Below are positions 25,998 to 39,100 of a stretch of DNA of 64,000 nt, one piece after another (positions within the stretch are counted from its first letter, which is position 1; each line of letters opens with the position of its first letter). The stretch spans positions 10,788,001 through 10,852,000 of the forward strand of contig NW_025963780.1 of NCBI RefSeq assembly GCF_023055435.1. Reading direction: 5' to 3'. This DNA is from Haliotis rufescens (lineage: Eukaryota). Under the pieces are notes generated by a model. It was not told the DNA's origin and did no database searches. It saw nothing but the letters and a program-made list of their open reading frames with translations. A program made the translations under genes and the position numbers.

Positions 25998-26416
25998 CAT
26001 TGAAATAGTTCTCTAATCATTAATGGAAGTCATTGAAATAGAGTTCTCTCTTCATCAATGGAAGTCATTGAAATAGAGTTCTCTTCTCATTAATGGAAGT
26101 CATTGACATAGAGTTCTCTTCTCATTAATGGAAGTCATTGACATAGAGTTCTCTTCTCATTAATGGAAGTCATTGAAATAGAGTTCTCTTCTCATTAATG
26201 GAAGTAATTGACATAGAGTTCTCTTCTCATTATTGGAAGTAACTGAAATAGAGTTCTCTCTTCATCAATGGAAGTCATTGAAATAGAGTTCTCTCCTCAT
26301 TATTGGAAGTCATTGAAATAGAGTTCTCTCCACATTAATGGAAGTCATTGAAATAGAGTTCTCTTCTCATTAATGGAAGTCATTGAAATAGAGTTCTCTC
26401 CACATTAATGGAAGTT
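25998..26416. repeat. 35-bp minisatellite (tcattgaaatagagttctcttctcattaatggaag) x~12
   Basis: Direct inspection. Confidence 0.95.
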
Positions 26417-28779
26417 CTGTTGAATAATTTTTAAGTTCCTTTAGTTTTTAGATGCTTCTGTATAAAACTATATGAATTTAATAATTTGAATTATACCGAA
26501 AAACTGAACACCTTTTTAGAAATGATGTGTGGTTGTTTCAACAAGTCCTAAAATACATTATATCTTAGAAAAATATCGTCCATTCGTCTTAAAACCTTTC
26601 AAATCAAGTACAGAATTTCCACAAAATGTTCAGATATTTCACTATCTGATATGCATTTATTAATGTTATTAAATTAACAAAAATAGAAACATGATGGTAT
26701 CTATATATCCCAAAAAGATAAAGAAAACTGGTTATTTCACTGGATTAATGCAGTTCAATCTGGCATCAGATGTCAATGGCAGAGTGCGCAACATTGTTGA
26801 TCCCTGGTCGGCAAAACGAGAGTGTTCGTTTTTACAACATAAACACTAAGGTGCATAGCGCATGTCCTATTGAAAACAATTATCTACAAGTTATTAAAAC
26901 ATTTAGTTTTTCACTTAAATCCAACCCATGTAGATCCGGATTAGAATACATCTTCAGCATCCCATGCTTCTCGTAGGAGGCGACAAACTCGCTGACTTGG
27001 TTGATGCATGTCATCGTATCCAAGATTGCGTGGATCGATGTCCACCACTGGACAGTCTTTATATTCCTTTAACATTGGTGATGGAGATGGAGTTATGACG
27101 CTACAACCCCATTGGTAACTGGTGGACTGGGACACCATTAGGGACGACAGAAGGAATGACTCAACACGGTCTTTCATAGTAACAGCGAGGAAGAAGTAAA
27201 TGGTCATTAATTTGAAGAGCGTCGTGAAGTACAACAGTTCATTGAAATTGCTCACGTCTGTCAGCGTGGGTGAAAATTGAACCTCTAATAACTTGGATTT
27301 GTGAAGAAGTGTTGTTTGGCTGTCTCTCTTCCTCAACTGAAATATATCTGTATGATTGGTGGATAAGTGTTATAAGCTCACTCATTGATCGTGAGCAGAA
27401 AGGTTTCCTGCCGAACTCCAAGCGGAAGGCGAAGGGTACTCCCAGCACAATGGAAACAGATTGGTACACATTTGAAATAATATGGGAGGCGTCGGTCCCT
27501 TTTACGTAGTAGGCAAACTACCGTTTCTGGAGCACCCTCCTCAACAAAATATGACCAACGGGAATAGCCACCATGTAGGATGATGTCGTCATTGGGGAAT
27601 TCCCAATTCTGAAAATTGTCTCCATACATAACGCATCAAATTCTGCTAGCCGATTTTGAATATCTTTTATAGCGACGGACCTATTGGATTTTGATTTTGA
27701 TCATTTTTTTCACCGAACTAATACTTTAAAGATCATATCTTGTAAGGTTCTCCACAGAAATTATTGAAAATTTGCATGAAGTTAGTGTGCCATATGCATC
27801 TTATTGTTTGTTCTTGGTTGCATGCTGAAAGTAACACCGCTTGGTGGTAATATTTGATTAATATTTGGGACACCCCTGGAACACGCCAATATAGTAGTGA
27901 CGATTTCCGGTGACTATTTTTTGACGGAGTTGGTACAAGCAAACCCTTTGGGGATTCGAACATGTTCGAGGTCAGAAATGGGGTAAGATCAGATTAGGAC
28001 ACACCGGCACAAGACAATTTCGTAACCGCGATACCCTTCAAGTGGTGTCTACAGTTGACAGATTTGGTACAAGGGATCCCTTTGAGGATTCGAACATGGA
28101 CGTTTGTGCGCAGTCTTACTTGGAGCCCGTCATTGCTGCTTTAATTTTAAATATGTTTAGTAAAGGCTGCATCTAAATAAACAAGATATTGGAATATATT
28201 ATTCCTGATAAAAAAAATAGTTTCAGATACAACTTTTGCCGATCCTTTCATTAAAAATCCTGTAAAGTTATATCATTGGGTGTGTCTTGACCGAATCACC
28301 GGTCGATTCCAAGAAAACGTGTGTATAGCTGATTGCTGTTTCCGGCTTAGTTTACGAGAAAATACACAAGGTAATCTTAATCCCTGGATATAAAACAATG
28401 CCTAGCAGAACAATAAATACTATCTAAACGGTAAATCAACATGTCTGGTGATTTTTTTATCTCAAATTCACCCGTTCGTTTGCCGGACTTCGTTGAAGGG
28501 GTACGGTGTAATTTTTTTCAGCGCTTGGTATTCGAATTATTTTTTCCCCAAAATACTGAACCCGCTAGAGGGGGGTGTGCATTATACATGGGTGCGCACT
28601 ATACTCAAGAAAATACGGTATCTGTATGAGAAGCAAGTTCAGCAGGGGCTTCTACAGGTGTCTAATTGCAATAGATTCTTGAGCGGTTGCATCTGCTGCT
28701 GCGCCTAAGCCTGCGTCGGCTGCTGCGTCTGCATCTGCATCATTTGTACCTTGGGGTCTTCTTCTGAATGTTTTATGCG

Positions 28780-29150
28780 GATATGTCGTGCCAACTTCTA
28801 GCAGATATCGCTTGTTATCAAAGGGTGACAGCCCTGACTTAAGCTGGATGTTGTAGATCTGTTGGTCATAGCTTCTAATTTGAGACATCTTGGTCATGTG
28901 GATTTGTCTATCAAGCACATTGTTTGTGTGTGTGTGTGTGCGTGTGTGCGTGTGTGTGCGTGCGTGCGTGCGTGCTCGATCATGTTCTTCTTGACGCCCT
29001 TAGCCGTTTTCTTCTCTACCACTGTCCCATGCTCTTCGTAGACGAGAGTACATCTTGTACTTCAACCCGATAGATTCTTGTATGGATGTTCAGTGGGATT
29101 GTCAGATGTGTCGTTCATCACACCTTCATAAATGTTCTTGGTCTGAATAG
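28780..29150 (-). pseudogene. Polinton/Maverick-type protein-primed DNA polymerase B C-terminal fragment
   Basis: - strand pieces DTSDNPTEHP, IGLKYKMYS, KKTAKGVKK, QIRSYDQQIY, LSPFDNKRYLL in the expected order; interrupted by a (TG/CG)n microsatellite at 28925-28975. Confidence 0.7.
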
Positions 29151-32100
29151 AGTACCATAGAGGGCCTGTGTCTGTGAATACGAGCTTGGCTTTTGATCCA
29201 TGTTTGTTTGTTGTTTAACACCGCCTTTGCAATATTCAGCAATATGACGGTGGTCGAAATTCTGACCATTATCAACTGATGGCCAGACACCCCTTCCACG
29301 CACTGATACTCTTCAACAAATATCTAATGGCTTATCTGAAACAAACATTTTTTAACAATTTTGTTTCCAAAACTTTCCATGGACCTTAGCAAAGGGACGA
29401 AAAAAATCTGCTGGCGAACGTGTACTTGAAAAAGAGATTCTTGAAAGCATTGTTTATCAGCGCCTTTGATAAACTCACTAGGCAACAGATAAGAAAGTTA
29501 CAGTTTCGTTCTCAGAAATATAAGTAAATTTGTCGTTTGATTTTACATCATTTGGCACATTTCCATAAATTATAATTGTATTGTGTGTTATTGGGGTTGA
29601 TTTCAAATTGCAAATAAATCTCTGGGACAGAGGGATATTCTGAAGGAAGTCCCTGCTCAGAGGTTAAGACAGCTCACACCGGACATGTCCCCAAGCCCCC
29701 ACCGGTTCATAATAAAGACAAAACACAGATGCTGTAATAACACTGCCTTTATTACAGTGCTGTAGTCAAGGTAACCAACAATATACATGTATGTGTGGAA
29801 CTCTCAAGGAACACTTCTGTCCTTGCAGTGTAACTAGTGACGCATCAAGGCTAGGCTAACATCTTGCCTGGATCACAATAATCTACAAACCAGCCTCAAA
29901 CTTTTGACAGCCCTAAACCCAGGCAAAGAAGTCTCATGGTGAAATGTGTAGAAACAGAAACAAAGACTTTCTACCCTTTGTAACAACAAGTTGGGTTAGA
30001 TAGTGGACATTTGTGGTCAAAAAGACAAATCAGTTTTGCAGAAACATTCTGGTTTGTTAAATTGTCATGTTGCTCCAACATGGTGCGACCCTCTTTTTTC
30101 CACAGAATCAGTCCTAGGATTAAACCTATGACATGGTGTGCATCGATGGGCCTAGTTTGTACTTGATGTCCACTGTGCCCACCTACAGATCCCTGTACTG
30201 GAGAACTGTAATGAGCCCCCCAGGGCCTTGTGTTCCCCATCACATAATGCTACATGAACAACTCTATATGGACAGTTGACCTGAAACACTTCCTCAAAGT
30301 GTTCCACCTTGCTTAGCTAAAAACAATATCCTGATACAAACTATAACACATTTCCTTTATACTCATTGTAAAACATCAACACAAACTGTCTGAACAGTGC
30401 TGAAATGTATTCATGCCAAAAAAATATGGAGACCAGTAGACAAGAAAATATTCTCCAGTACAAAGAAGCTGGTTATGCTAGACCCAGCGTCCCTCACTGT
30501 TGAGAACACTTATATATATTCGAAGGAACATCACTAAATACCCATGAATTATCAATCTGGAATTTGTGAATCAGCACCATGTGACTGGGAACAGTATTTT
30601 ACAGCTCATTTCTCTGGCTGGCAATATTGTGATTTGTAGCAATGTGAGACATCTGGCATGACAACATACACCTTCCTGGTGGTCTGTGAAACAGTCCTTG
30701 GTAGCAAAATGGACTTGATTACATAATTGTTTTGTTTGTTTCCAGTTATTCCCACTGAGGATGGACTACGTAAAATGGCAAGAGTTGAGTTTTCAAGACT
30801 CCTTTGGAGGATATTGTGACTCACCACTGGGATATGTTACATCCATTACTGGGTTACAACAAACCAACAAAAGTCCCCAATACCAGCAAGTTAACAGATC
30901 AGGCCTATATCAAGATTAATATCAGGGTAATGAAGAGGGCACAACTATCTTTTGACCTGGTCAGATTTGGCACAAGATACAGGTTTGATATGTATTGATT
31001 TCCTATGATTCCTACATGTAACGTGGGAACATATTAGCCACAGATATTTAACAAGTTACCTGGTGTACACCGTCAACGTACAGGACACCTTTGAAACAAT
31101 GGTGGCGTCATGCATGTAATAGCCACCCATGGTTTACTCACATAGCATGATGCCCTTGTTACACTCCACTGTAGATTCCATCTTTACAATACAACATGGT
31201 GGACGATGTGAGAGCAAGTTTCATGCCTGGACTAAAATTCAAGTGGTGTTTGGTAGATATTACCCAAAGTGTATCATCTCTACAATACCTTAAAAACTGA
31301 ATTACGGTATGTTACAACTGAAACCTTTGATCATTTGTCATTGTCTTCAGTGAGAAGATGGTAGACTGCTCATTTCATAAATTCAATCTCTATTTGTTTC
31401 GACAAGTGGAGAGAAAGGCATTTTAGACACAAAAAAATAAATAATTCTAAAATTAACAATTCTTGGCATTAAATATGGGAGACTACAATAAATTCACTTT
31501 CACTGAAACATCCCTTATATGGTTTAAAAACATCAGAACCAAGGTCAATCTCAAAATTATGAATAAATATATGACAAATATGTCGTTTCCTTAAGTAACA
31601 TTCATCACAAACAATATTTCTAAATGGTTATCTTCAACTGATGGTAAAACAGGTACCATGCATTCACTATTGGAATTACATCTCACTTATGTCCAACACG
31701 GAATATGGAGGAACACAGATTCTACAATGCTCCCCCGATATGACTTCTGCTAGCCTTCAGTGTTTGGCATCATGCACTGAACTAATATTGGCAATGGAAT
31801 CATCAACCCCAGTCTACCGTGATGACCCATTCAAGTATCAGACAAAATAGCCTTCAAACTTATTTTTCATACATTCACCCGCTTTTTAAAAAGACGTACA
31901 AGGTTTAAAAATGTTGGTTTGAATTAGTTCCCCACCAGCCTCTCCTATCAGTTTCAGCAGTCACAGGAAGCCAACAATTATTCTTGGGCTTAACAAATGT
32001 GAAGATTACGGAGACAAGTCAAGTACTGGTATGACATCACCTTACACCGATGCATTAATCTCATAGCTATGCATGAACAAAATAAGTGTGGTCACATAGC

Positions 32101-32825
32101 AGTAAAACAATAACAAATAAACAGTGAAATATCAAAAGGAACAAAATACAGCAACAAACAGTATACAGATGTGAGGGGCTCCAGGCCATGATACACACAC
32201 TTGCGGCAACTAAGGACGTAAGCGGCATAAATCAACTTATGATCACTGGTCTTGAAGGTCATAGAATTCTCCGAATTGTTTTGTAAGGCCAATCACATTT
32301 ATTGGTAACAACACAAATGACCCTGCAATCCCAAACATCCTGTCTCACCAGTCTAGTGATTATGACTTCTTGCCTAGACTGGTAACAGTGCTGAAATCCA
32401 CTTTTACAAGGATGTACATGTGTAATGGCAATACCTATTTGTAAACACCTGGCTGAAAATGAGCTCTTTAACATATAAAATCTTTCCATTGTCCAGTGTC
32501 ATCTCTGATTTGGAATGTGGACAGAAGAGTCCTCTGTGAACAATGTATTGGCCTTCAAGACCACAACCTATATGTCCACTTGCATATGTCAGTAACAACA
32601 TAAAAGAGAATAGCGACAAGAAGCAGGCTACTCCATGGCAACCCTGGGCTGCGTGTTACTTGTATGTCAAAAGATTGTGACTGACATGTATAAGAGTCTA
32701 TTGTCACCTATCACGTGGTACCAGGAACATTGTGCAGCTTACAAAATAATGAAAGTGTTTATCAACGATCCATTTCTATCCCTAACATATTGTGTATGTT
32801 AAAAGTTTTTTATATTGATACAAAT

Positions 32826-33247
32826 TAGGGCTGGGACGGGTAGCTCGGGTACTCGGGTCGGGTAGGTCCTGTGTAGTACCCGGTTACCCACAGGACTACC
32901 CGGACCCGTGGTTAGTCAGGTGATATATTGTTTAATGACAAAAACTCACTATAGCTCAGTGGTTAGTCTACAAGTCGCTAATGTTCGCATTTCTTTCTGA
33001 CGATGCACACATTCCTTTTGACTTGTATATGTTTGAGTAAAGATAAAGCTTTAGTCAACTTCAGTGAACACATGATCTGATTGTTTGATACATGTATCTA
33101 AATAGTTTTATCCTGTTGGTGCGGTAAAACAACTACTAATCAGACATTTTGTTCCCAACTCATAAGACTTGCAGTGGGTATCCGGGTAGGGTTGGGTAAT
33201 AGGGTGTCGGCTACCTGGGTAGTAAATTTGGACTCGTCCCAGCCCTA
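32826..33247. mobile_element. Non-autonomous hAT-type element (MITE), 422 bp
   Basis: 13-bp perfect TIR tagggctgggacg, 8-bp TSD atacaaat (32818-32825 / 33248-33255), subterminal cgggta repeats at both ends. Confidence 0.9.
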
Positions 33248-33896
33248 ATACAAATATTTTTCCAAAATTCCTTTAAGTGTGTCATAAAGAATTCAACTAA
33301 AGTCATACAATGTCACAACATGTCCTAACTGCAGTGGACATGTAGAGTTACATGCCCTTGCCATGTACTAAAATCCGGAACCAAAACCTTATGTACAGTG
33401 TTGTAAATCATACCAATGGAAATAAGAACAACAGACTGGGTTTCATCAACCTGACAGATTCTCAATAAAACTCTGTCTTTCTTGGTCCAAACTTTCGCCC
33501 ACTTCAAGCTTGTCCGTTTATATGGAAGAGCTAATAACGACAAAAATCACAAAATTTGAAAACCGAACTGAATTCAGAGACCAACAAATTCTATATAACC
33601 ATGATAACACTGTGAATTGCACTGATTTCTGTACACATCCTCTGAGCACTGTCCAGTCTTGGTTCTGGTGTAACAACTAGTGCACCGGTGACCTGTGACA
33701 GATCTACACAACAGACAAGTAACAATTCCCTGCCTACATTGGTGGCAGACAACCCTGCCAAGCAGTTTTAGTCTTTAATTTCCCAAACAAGAGATGGCCT
33801 CGAGATCAAGTATTCTTGACTTGAAACATCTCCAAGGCTGACAAATCCTTAGAACAGCTAAAAACCTTGAAAACAAGTTTAAAAAAATAATAAGAA

Positions 33897-34278
33897 TTGG
33901 TTCTCAGGCAATGGCTTTTAAAAATCTAATTATTTTAAGAGACAAATACACGTTATCTTAATCTCTGAAAATAAAACATTGTCTGCCATACAGTACATAT
34001 GCTTTCCTTCACCAAATTTGCAAACGGCAAAACAAGCACACAAACTCTTATTGCCGCCACGACCATAAAACGAGGTGTGCAGTAAGCAGTGCGCATGTAG
34101 AGGGATGTCACTGCACTCTTTATTTGATTGGATTGTTTTAATGTATTGTAGCATTGCACTGCCGGGGTGCAATGTTCCGAGATGCTGTATAATTTAGGAT
34201 TTAATTTTTTGGAAAAAGGAAATAAAAACGAAATGTGTGGCAGACTTAATAATGATGCAGGCGGTGCCTGAGAACCAA
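33897..34278. mobile_element. Probable MITE with 14-bp inverted repeat
   Basis: ttggttctcaggca ... tgcctgagaaccaa; true termini and TSD unclear. Confidence 0.4.
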
Positions 34279-36198
34279 GACTATTATTTTCCTTTTAGCC
34301 CAAAGTAGATCTTTTATGTTTCCAATACCTGCAGACCTAGTGGTATGTTAGAAGTGTACTTGATGTGTACTTGATATGTACAAAAGTGTTTCAGCTTCCA
34401 AGATAATTGTCTGAAATCTCCAGTGTGTAGTTCCTGGTTGTTGAAGGAAAATTTCATAAAACATGTTTGAAGCTTCATCTTAAAGCAAGGAATTCATTGG
34501 CTAATACTAACCAACAACCTGAGGACTTGATTACACCGAGCTCAACTAGTTGTGTCAGTCCTTCCTCAAACAACACCCAAAACAATCACTCTGATCTTCA
34601 AGTAAGTAAAAAGCTCTTCTAAAGATGACTTAATGTCAGTGACAAACATTTTTCTACGTAGCAGACAAGGTTATTTTCTAAGAATCTGTGAAGAGATTCT
34701 ACAAAAGTACCCCAGGTTAAATCTCCCGTCAAGCAGGGAGGTGTTGTGTGGCAGTCACATTACAAGTACACCAAGTGAACACTGAATCCAACCTTATTAA
34801 CCAATGCTTCACCCAAGGTCTGTCACGGAGGCCATACAGAAAGTGTTCAAGCACTACCAGTCCAATTTCATGACAGCATATTTCCTTTTCAGGCAGTCAC
34901 AACATAGGTATCCAACCAGTGGTCAGAAGCAGCACAACATCCTCTGTCAGATGAATTACTGGATATACATTGCTGTGGGTCTCTTACTGTGTAATCAAAC
35001 CTACATCACAGCTCATTTCATTTAAAACATAAATGTACAATCTGAACATCACTCCTAATCTGCAATGTAACATGATATAGATGCCCACATTGTCGGCCAA
35101 TAACATTACCTGGTCATACACAAATGATGAAGAAGTTGCAATGTCTTGTTTGGACAATGTTGTCTAAGTTTAACAATAACACATTTAATTGAGATGAAAA
35201 TTCAAACCTTTTACTTTGCAAAATTGATTGCAGAATCTTAGCAATATATCTAATATAGAGAACTGGACAGAATCTGTCACAATTTCTTGGCAAAATATGC
35301 TTGGAATATGTTACATATGAGGTAATAACCGGCACACACCCAGATGACATTTCACCAAATCATGCAGTAATAAGGTTGAATACAGTTGTAATACTTTCAA
35401 GACAATGCAAGGATACATTCTCTATGCATCTTTCGCAATCAGCAGCTTCCATTTCATGAATTGAAAATATCACTTGATCATTACATCTATGAGTTCATCA
35501 GATACCATACTTCCAGACTTCAATTAGAGGTTAAGCATTTCCATATTGCCAGATGTATGCTGGTACAAAGACATCTATCCATGAATTTTTAAAATAACCT
35601 GATTGTCTGCTGTCAAAGAATGACCATACTCTTGTGATATCATGGTCAAACATATTTCTACTATTACATATTAAGGAAGGAACTTTTTATTTGAGTTTAA
35701 TTCCTCAAAAGAAACATGTTTGAAATAAAAGTTACAAAACACACAAACAAAATTATGCTTATAGAGATCCTATTTCAACCAACCGAAGCATTCAAATTTT
35801 TTCATTAACTTTTGTTAGGGTAGGTTAAAAAACACTACAAGATAATCAGTCTGATGATCTCACTGAGAAAAAAAATAACCCACCCATTTTGTTATGATCT
35901 TAGAATAATGAAAACCAAATTGAAACATTCAAATTATTCAATGCAAATATTCCAGCATGATAACAACTGCCTTATTTCGACAGTTACTCCAAATCTGCAA
36001 AGCTATTGTTTAATAATTGCAGCCTTGACATGATTAAGTTGGTTGGAAAGACAATCACTTCAACCCCTCTGGCTCCAGGCAATGTCGGACTGAGCTGATA
36101 CCCGAACCAACCAGTACCCGGACCGCCTCCTTGCTGTGCGGCCCTGCTGTAACCTCGATATCACAGTTGGCTACTGTCTCCCCTGATGCTTGCCAAGG

Positions 36199-39100
36199 TT
36201 AACTTGCTGCATCGTTGATGGTAAGCTGGGCAAAGCCGATCAGAGCCTTGTCACACGGAGCCTCGTTCTGACCACAACCAGAGTTCTGAAAGGGAGAGTT
36301 GTGATTTCAATCCAAAGTCAAAGATATTACTCATTCTTGTTGTTCACGCTGCAAATAGAAATACTCCAGCTAGGTCATCCAAGCCTGGCTCACCAGTGCT
36401 CACAGCAATCCCCTGTGCAGGCCCTTTAAGTATACGCTACCAGTATTGAGATCACTCAATGTCCCTTTAAGTATAAGCTACCAGTATTGAGATCCCTCAA
36501 TGTCCCTTTTACAAGAAGACCAGCATCACCCCCATGTAGTAGAGAAACCCGGACCACCATCACCTCCCTGTAGTAGAGAACCCGGGACCACCATCATCTC
36601 CCTGTAGTAGGGAAGCTGGGGCCACCATCACCCCCATGTAGTAGGGAAGCTGGGGCCACCATCACCCCCATGTAGTAGAGAAACCCGGACCACCCTTTCC
36701 CCATGTAGTAGAGAAACCTGGACCACCATCACCCCCATGTAGTAGAGAAACCCGGACCACCCTTTCCCCATGTAGTAGAGAAACCCGGACCACCATCACC
36801 CCCATGTAGTAGAGAAGCCAGGACCACCATCACCCCCCTGTAGTAGAGAAACCCGGACCACCATCACCCCCATGTAGTAGAGAAACCCGGACCACCATCA
36901 CCCCCATGTAGTAGAGAAACCGAGACCACCATCACCCCCATGTAGTAGAGAAACCGAGACCACCATCACCCCCCTGTAGTAGAGAAACCAGGACCAGCAG
37001 GACCAGCATCACCCCCATGTAGTAGAGAAGCCAGGACCACCATCACCCCCCTGTAGTAGAGAAACCCGGACCACCATCACCCCCCTGTAGTAGAGAAACC
37101 CGGACCACCATCACCCCCCTGTAGTAGAGAAACCCGGACCACCATCACCCCCATGTAGTAGAGAAACCGAGACCACCATCACCCCCATGTAGTAGAGAAA
37201 CCGAGACCACCATCACCCCCCTGTAGTAGAGAAACCAGGACCAGCATCACCCCCATGTAGTAGAGAAGCCGAGACCAGCATCACCCCCATGTAGTAGAGA
37301 AACCCGGACCACCCTTTCCCCATGTAGTAGAGAAACCCGGACCACCATCACCCCCATGTAGTAGAGAAGCCGGGACCACCATCACCCCCATGTAGTAGAG
37401 AAACCGGGACCACCATCACCCCCATGTAGTAGAGAAACCGGGACCACCATCACCCCCATGTAGTAGAGAAACCGGGACCACCCTTTCCCGATGTAGTAGC
37501 CAAACCCGGACCACCCTTTCCCCATGTAGTAGGGAAGCTTGGGCCACCATCACCCCAAGTGCCGAACTGGGAGAAGCCCGGGGACCAACTGGCACTACTC
37601 ACCAATGCAAACGTCAAGTTCTTCTGATCCTTGTTGTCCAAGATCTTCTGAAGATTTGCTGCCACTGAAACAGTCAGTCAACACTTAGTCCTACTGACTG
37701 GCCTTGCCCAGTACCATGAGTACATGTGAAGGAGTTATGACAGTCATTGCTAAAATCATTTTGTCTTTCTTAGCATATAATAATTCACAGATTTTGTTTC
37801 CCCAAGAAATGTCTGACATAAACACACATCTGACATTGTCCATATTTAGCCATTCTTTTCCAAATGGCTACTCAAAGTGGACTAAACAATGTCATATCTG
37901 GGCAAGGTAATCCAGTAGTGTTGGAGCACGAGACACAGTGTCAGCCTGGTTACACAGTGTCAGCCAGGTTACACAGTGTCAGCCAGGTTACATAATGTCT
38001 GGTTACCCAGTGTCAGCCAAGTTACACAGTGTCAGCCAGGTTACACAGTGTCAGCCAGGTTACATAATGTCTGGTTACCCAGTGTCAGCCAAGTTACACA
38101 GTGTCAGCCAGGTTACACAGTGTCAGCCAGGTTACATAATGTCTGGTTACCCAGTGTCAGCCACGTTACACAGTGTCAGCCAGGTTACACAGTGTCAGCC
38201 AGGTTACACAGTGTCAGCCAGGTTACACAGTGTCAGCCAGGTTACACAGTGTCAGCCTGGTTAAACAGTGTCAGCCAGGTTACACAGTGTCAGCCACGCT
38301 ACACAATGTCAGCCAGGTTACAGAGTGTCAGCCAGGTTACACAAGGTCAGCCACGCTACACAGTGTCAGCCACGCTACACAGTGTCAGCCAGGTTACACA
38401 GTGTCAGCCAGGTTACACAAGGTCAGCCAGGTTACACAGTGTCAGCCTGGTTAAACAGTGTCAGCCAGGTTACACAGTGTCAGCCACGCTACACAATGTC
38501 AGCCAGGTTACAGAGTGTCAGCCAGGTTACACAGTGTCAGCCACGTTACACAGTGTCAGCCTGGTTAAACAGTGTCAGCCACGTTACACAGTGTCAGCCA
38601 GGTTACACAGTGTCAGCCTGGTTACACAGTGTCAGCCTGGTTACACAGTGTCAGCCACGTTACACAGTGTCAGCCTGGTTTAACAGTGTCAGCCACGTTA
38701 CCCAGTGTCAGCCAAGTTACCCAGTGTCAGCCAGGTTACACAGTGTCAGCCTGGTTACACAGTGTCAGCCTGGTTACACAGTGTCAGCCATGTTACACAG
38801 TGTCAGCCAGGTTACACAATGTCAGCCAGGTAACACAGTGTCAGCAACGTTACCCAGTGTCAGCCTGGTTAAACAGTGTCAGCCAGGTTACACAGTGTCA
38901 GCCTGGTTACACAGTGTCAGCCACGTTACCCAGTGTCAGCCTGGTTACACAGTGTCAGCCTGGTTACATAATGTCTGGTTAACGTCTGGCTGGGACCTGT
39001 CTGACCAGTCAGTGATCCTGGCTGGGACCTGTCTGACCAGTCAGTGATCCTGGCTGGGACCTGTCTGACCACTCAGTAATCCTGGCTTGGACCTGTCTGA

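Noticed and set aside
27690-28146. Possible Helentron/HINE-like non-autonomous element with an internal ~30-bp duplication
   Set aside because: Boundaries and diagnostic hairpin could not be established from this window alone.
35851-35875. CTGATGA...GAAA hammerhead-like core
   Set aside because: No stem III, cleavage triplet or stem I pairing.
36055-36198. 47 open codons after the kinase TAA (possible readthrough)
   Set aside because: TAA is the least leaky stop, the length is plausible by chance, and the CCT domain already ends normally.
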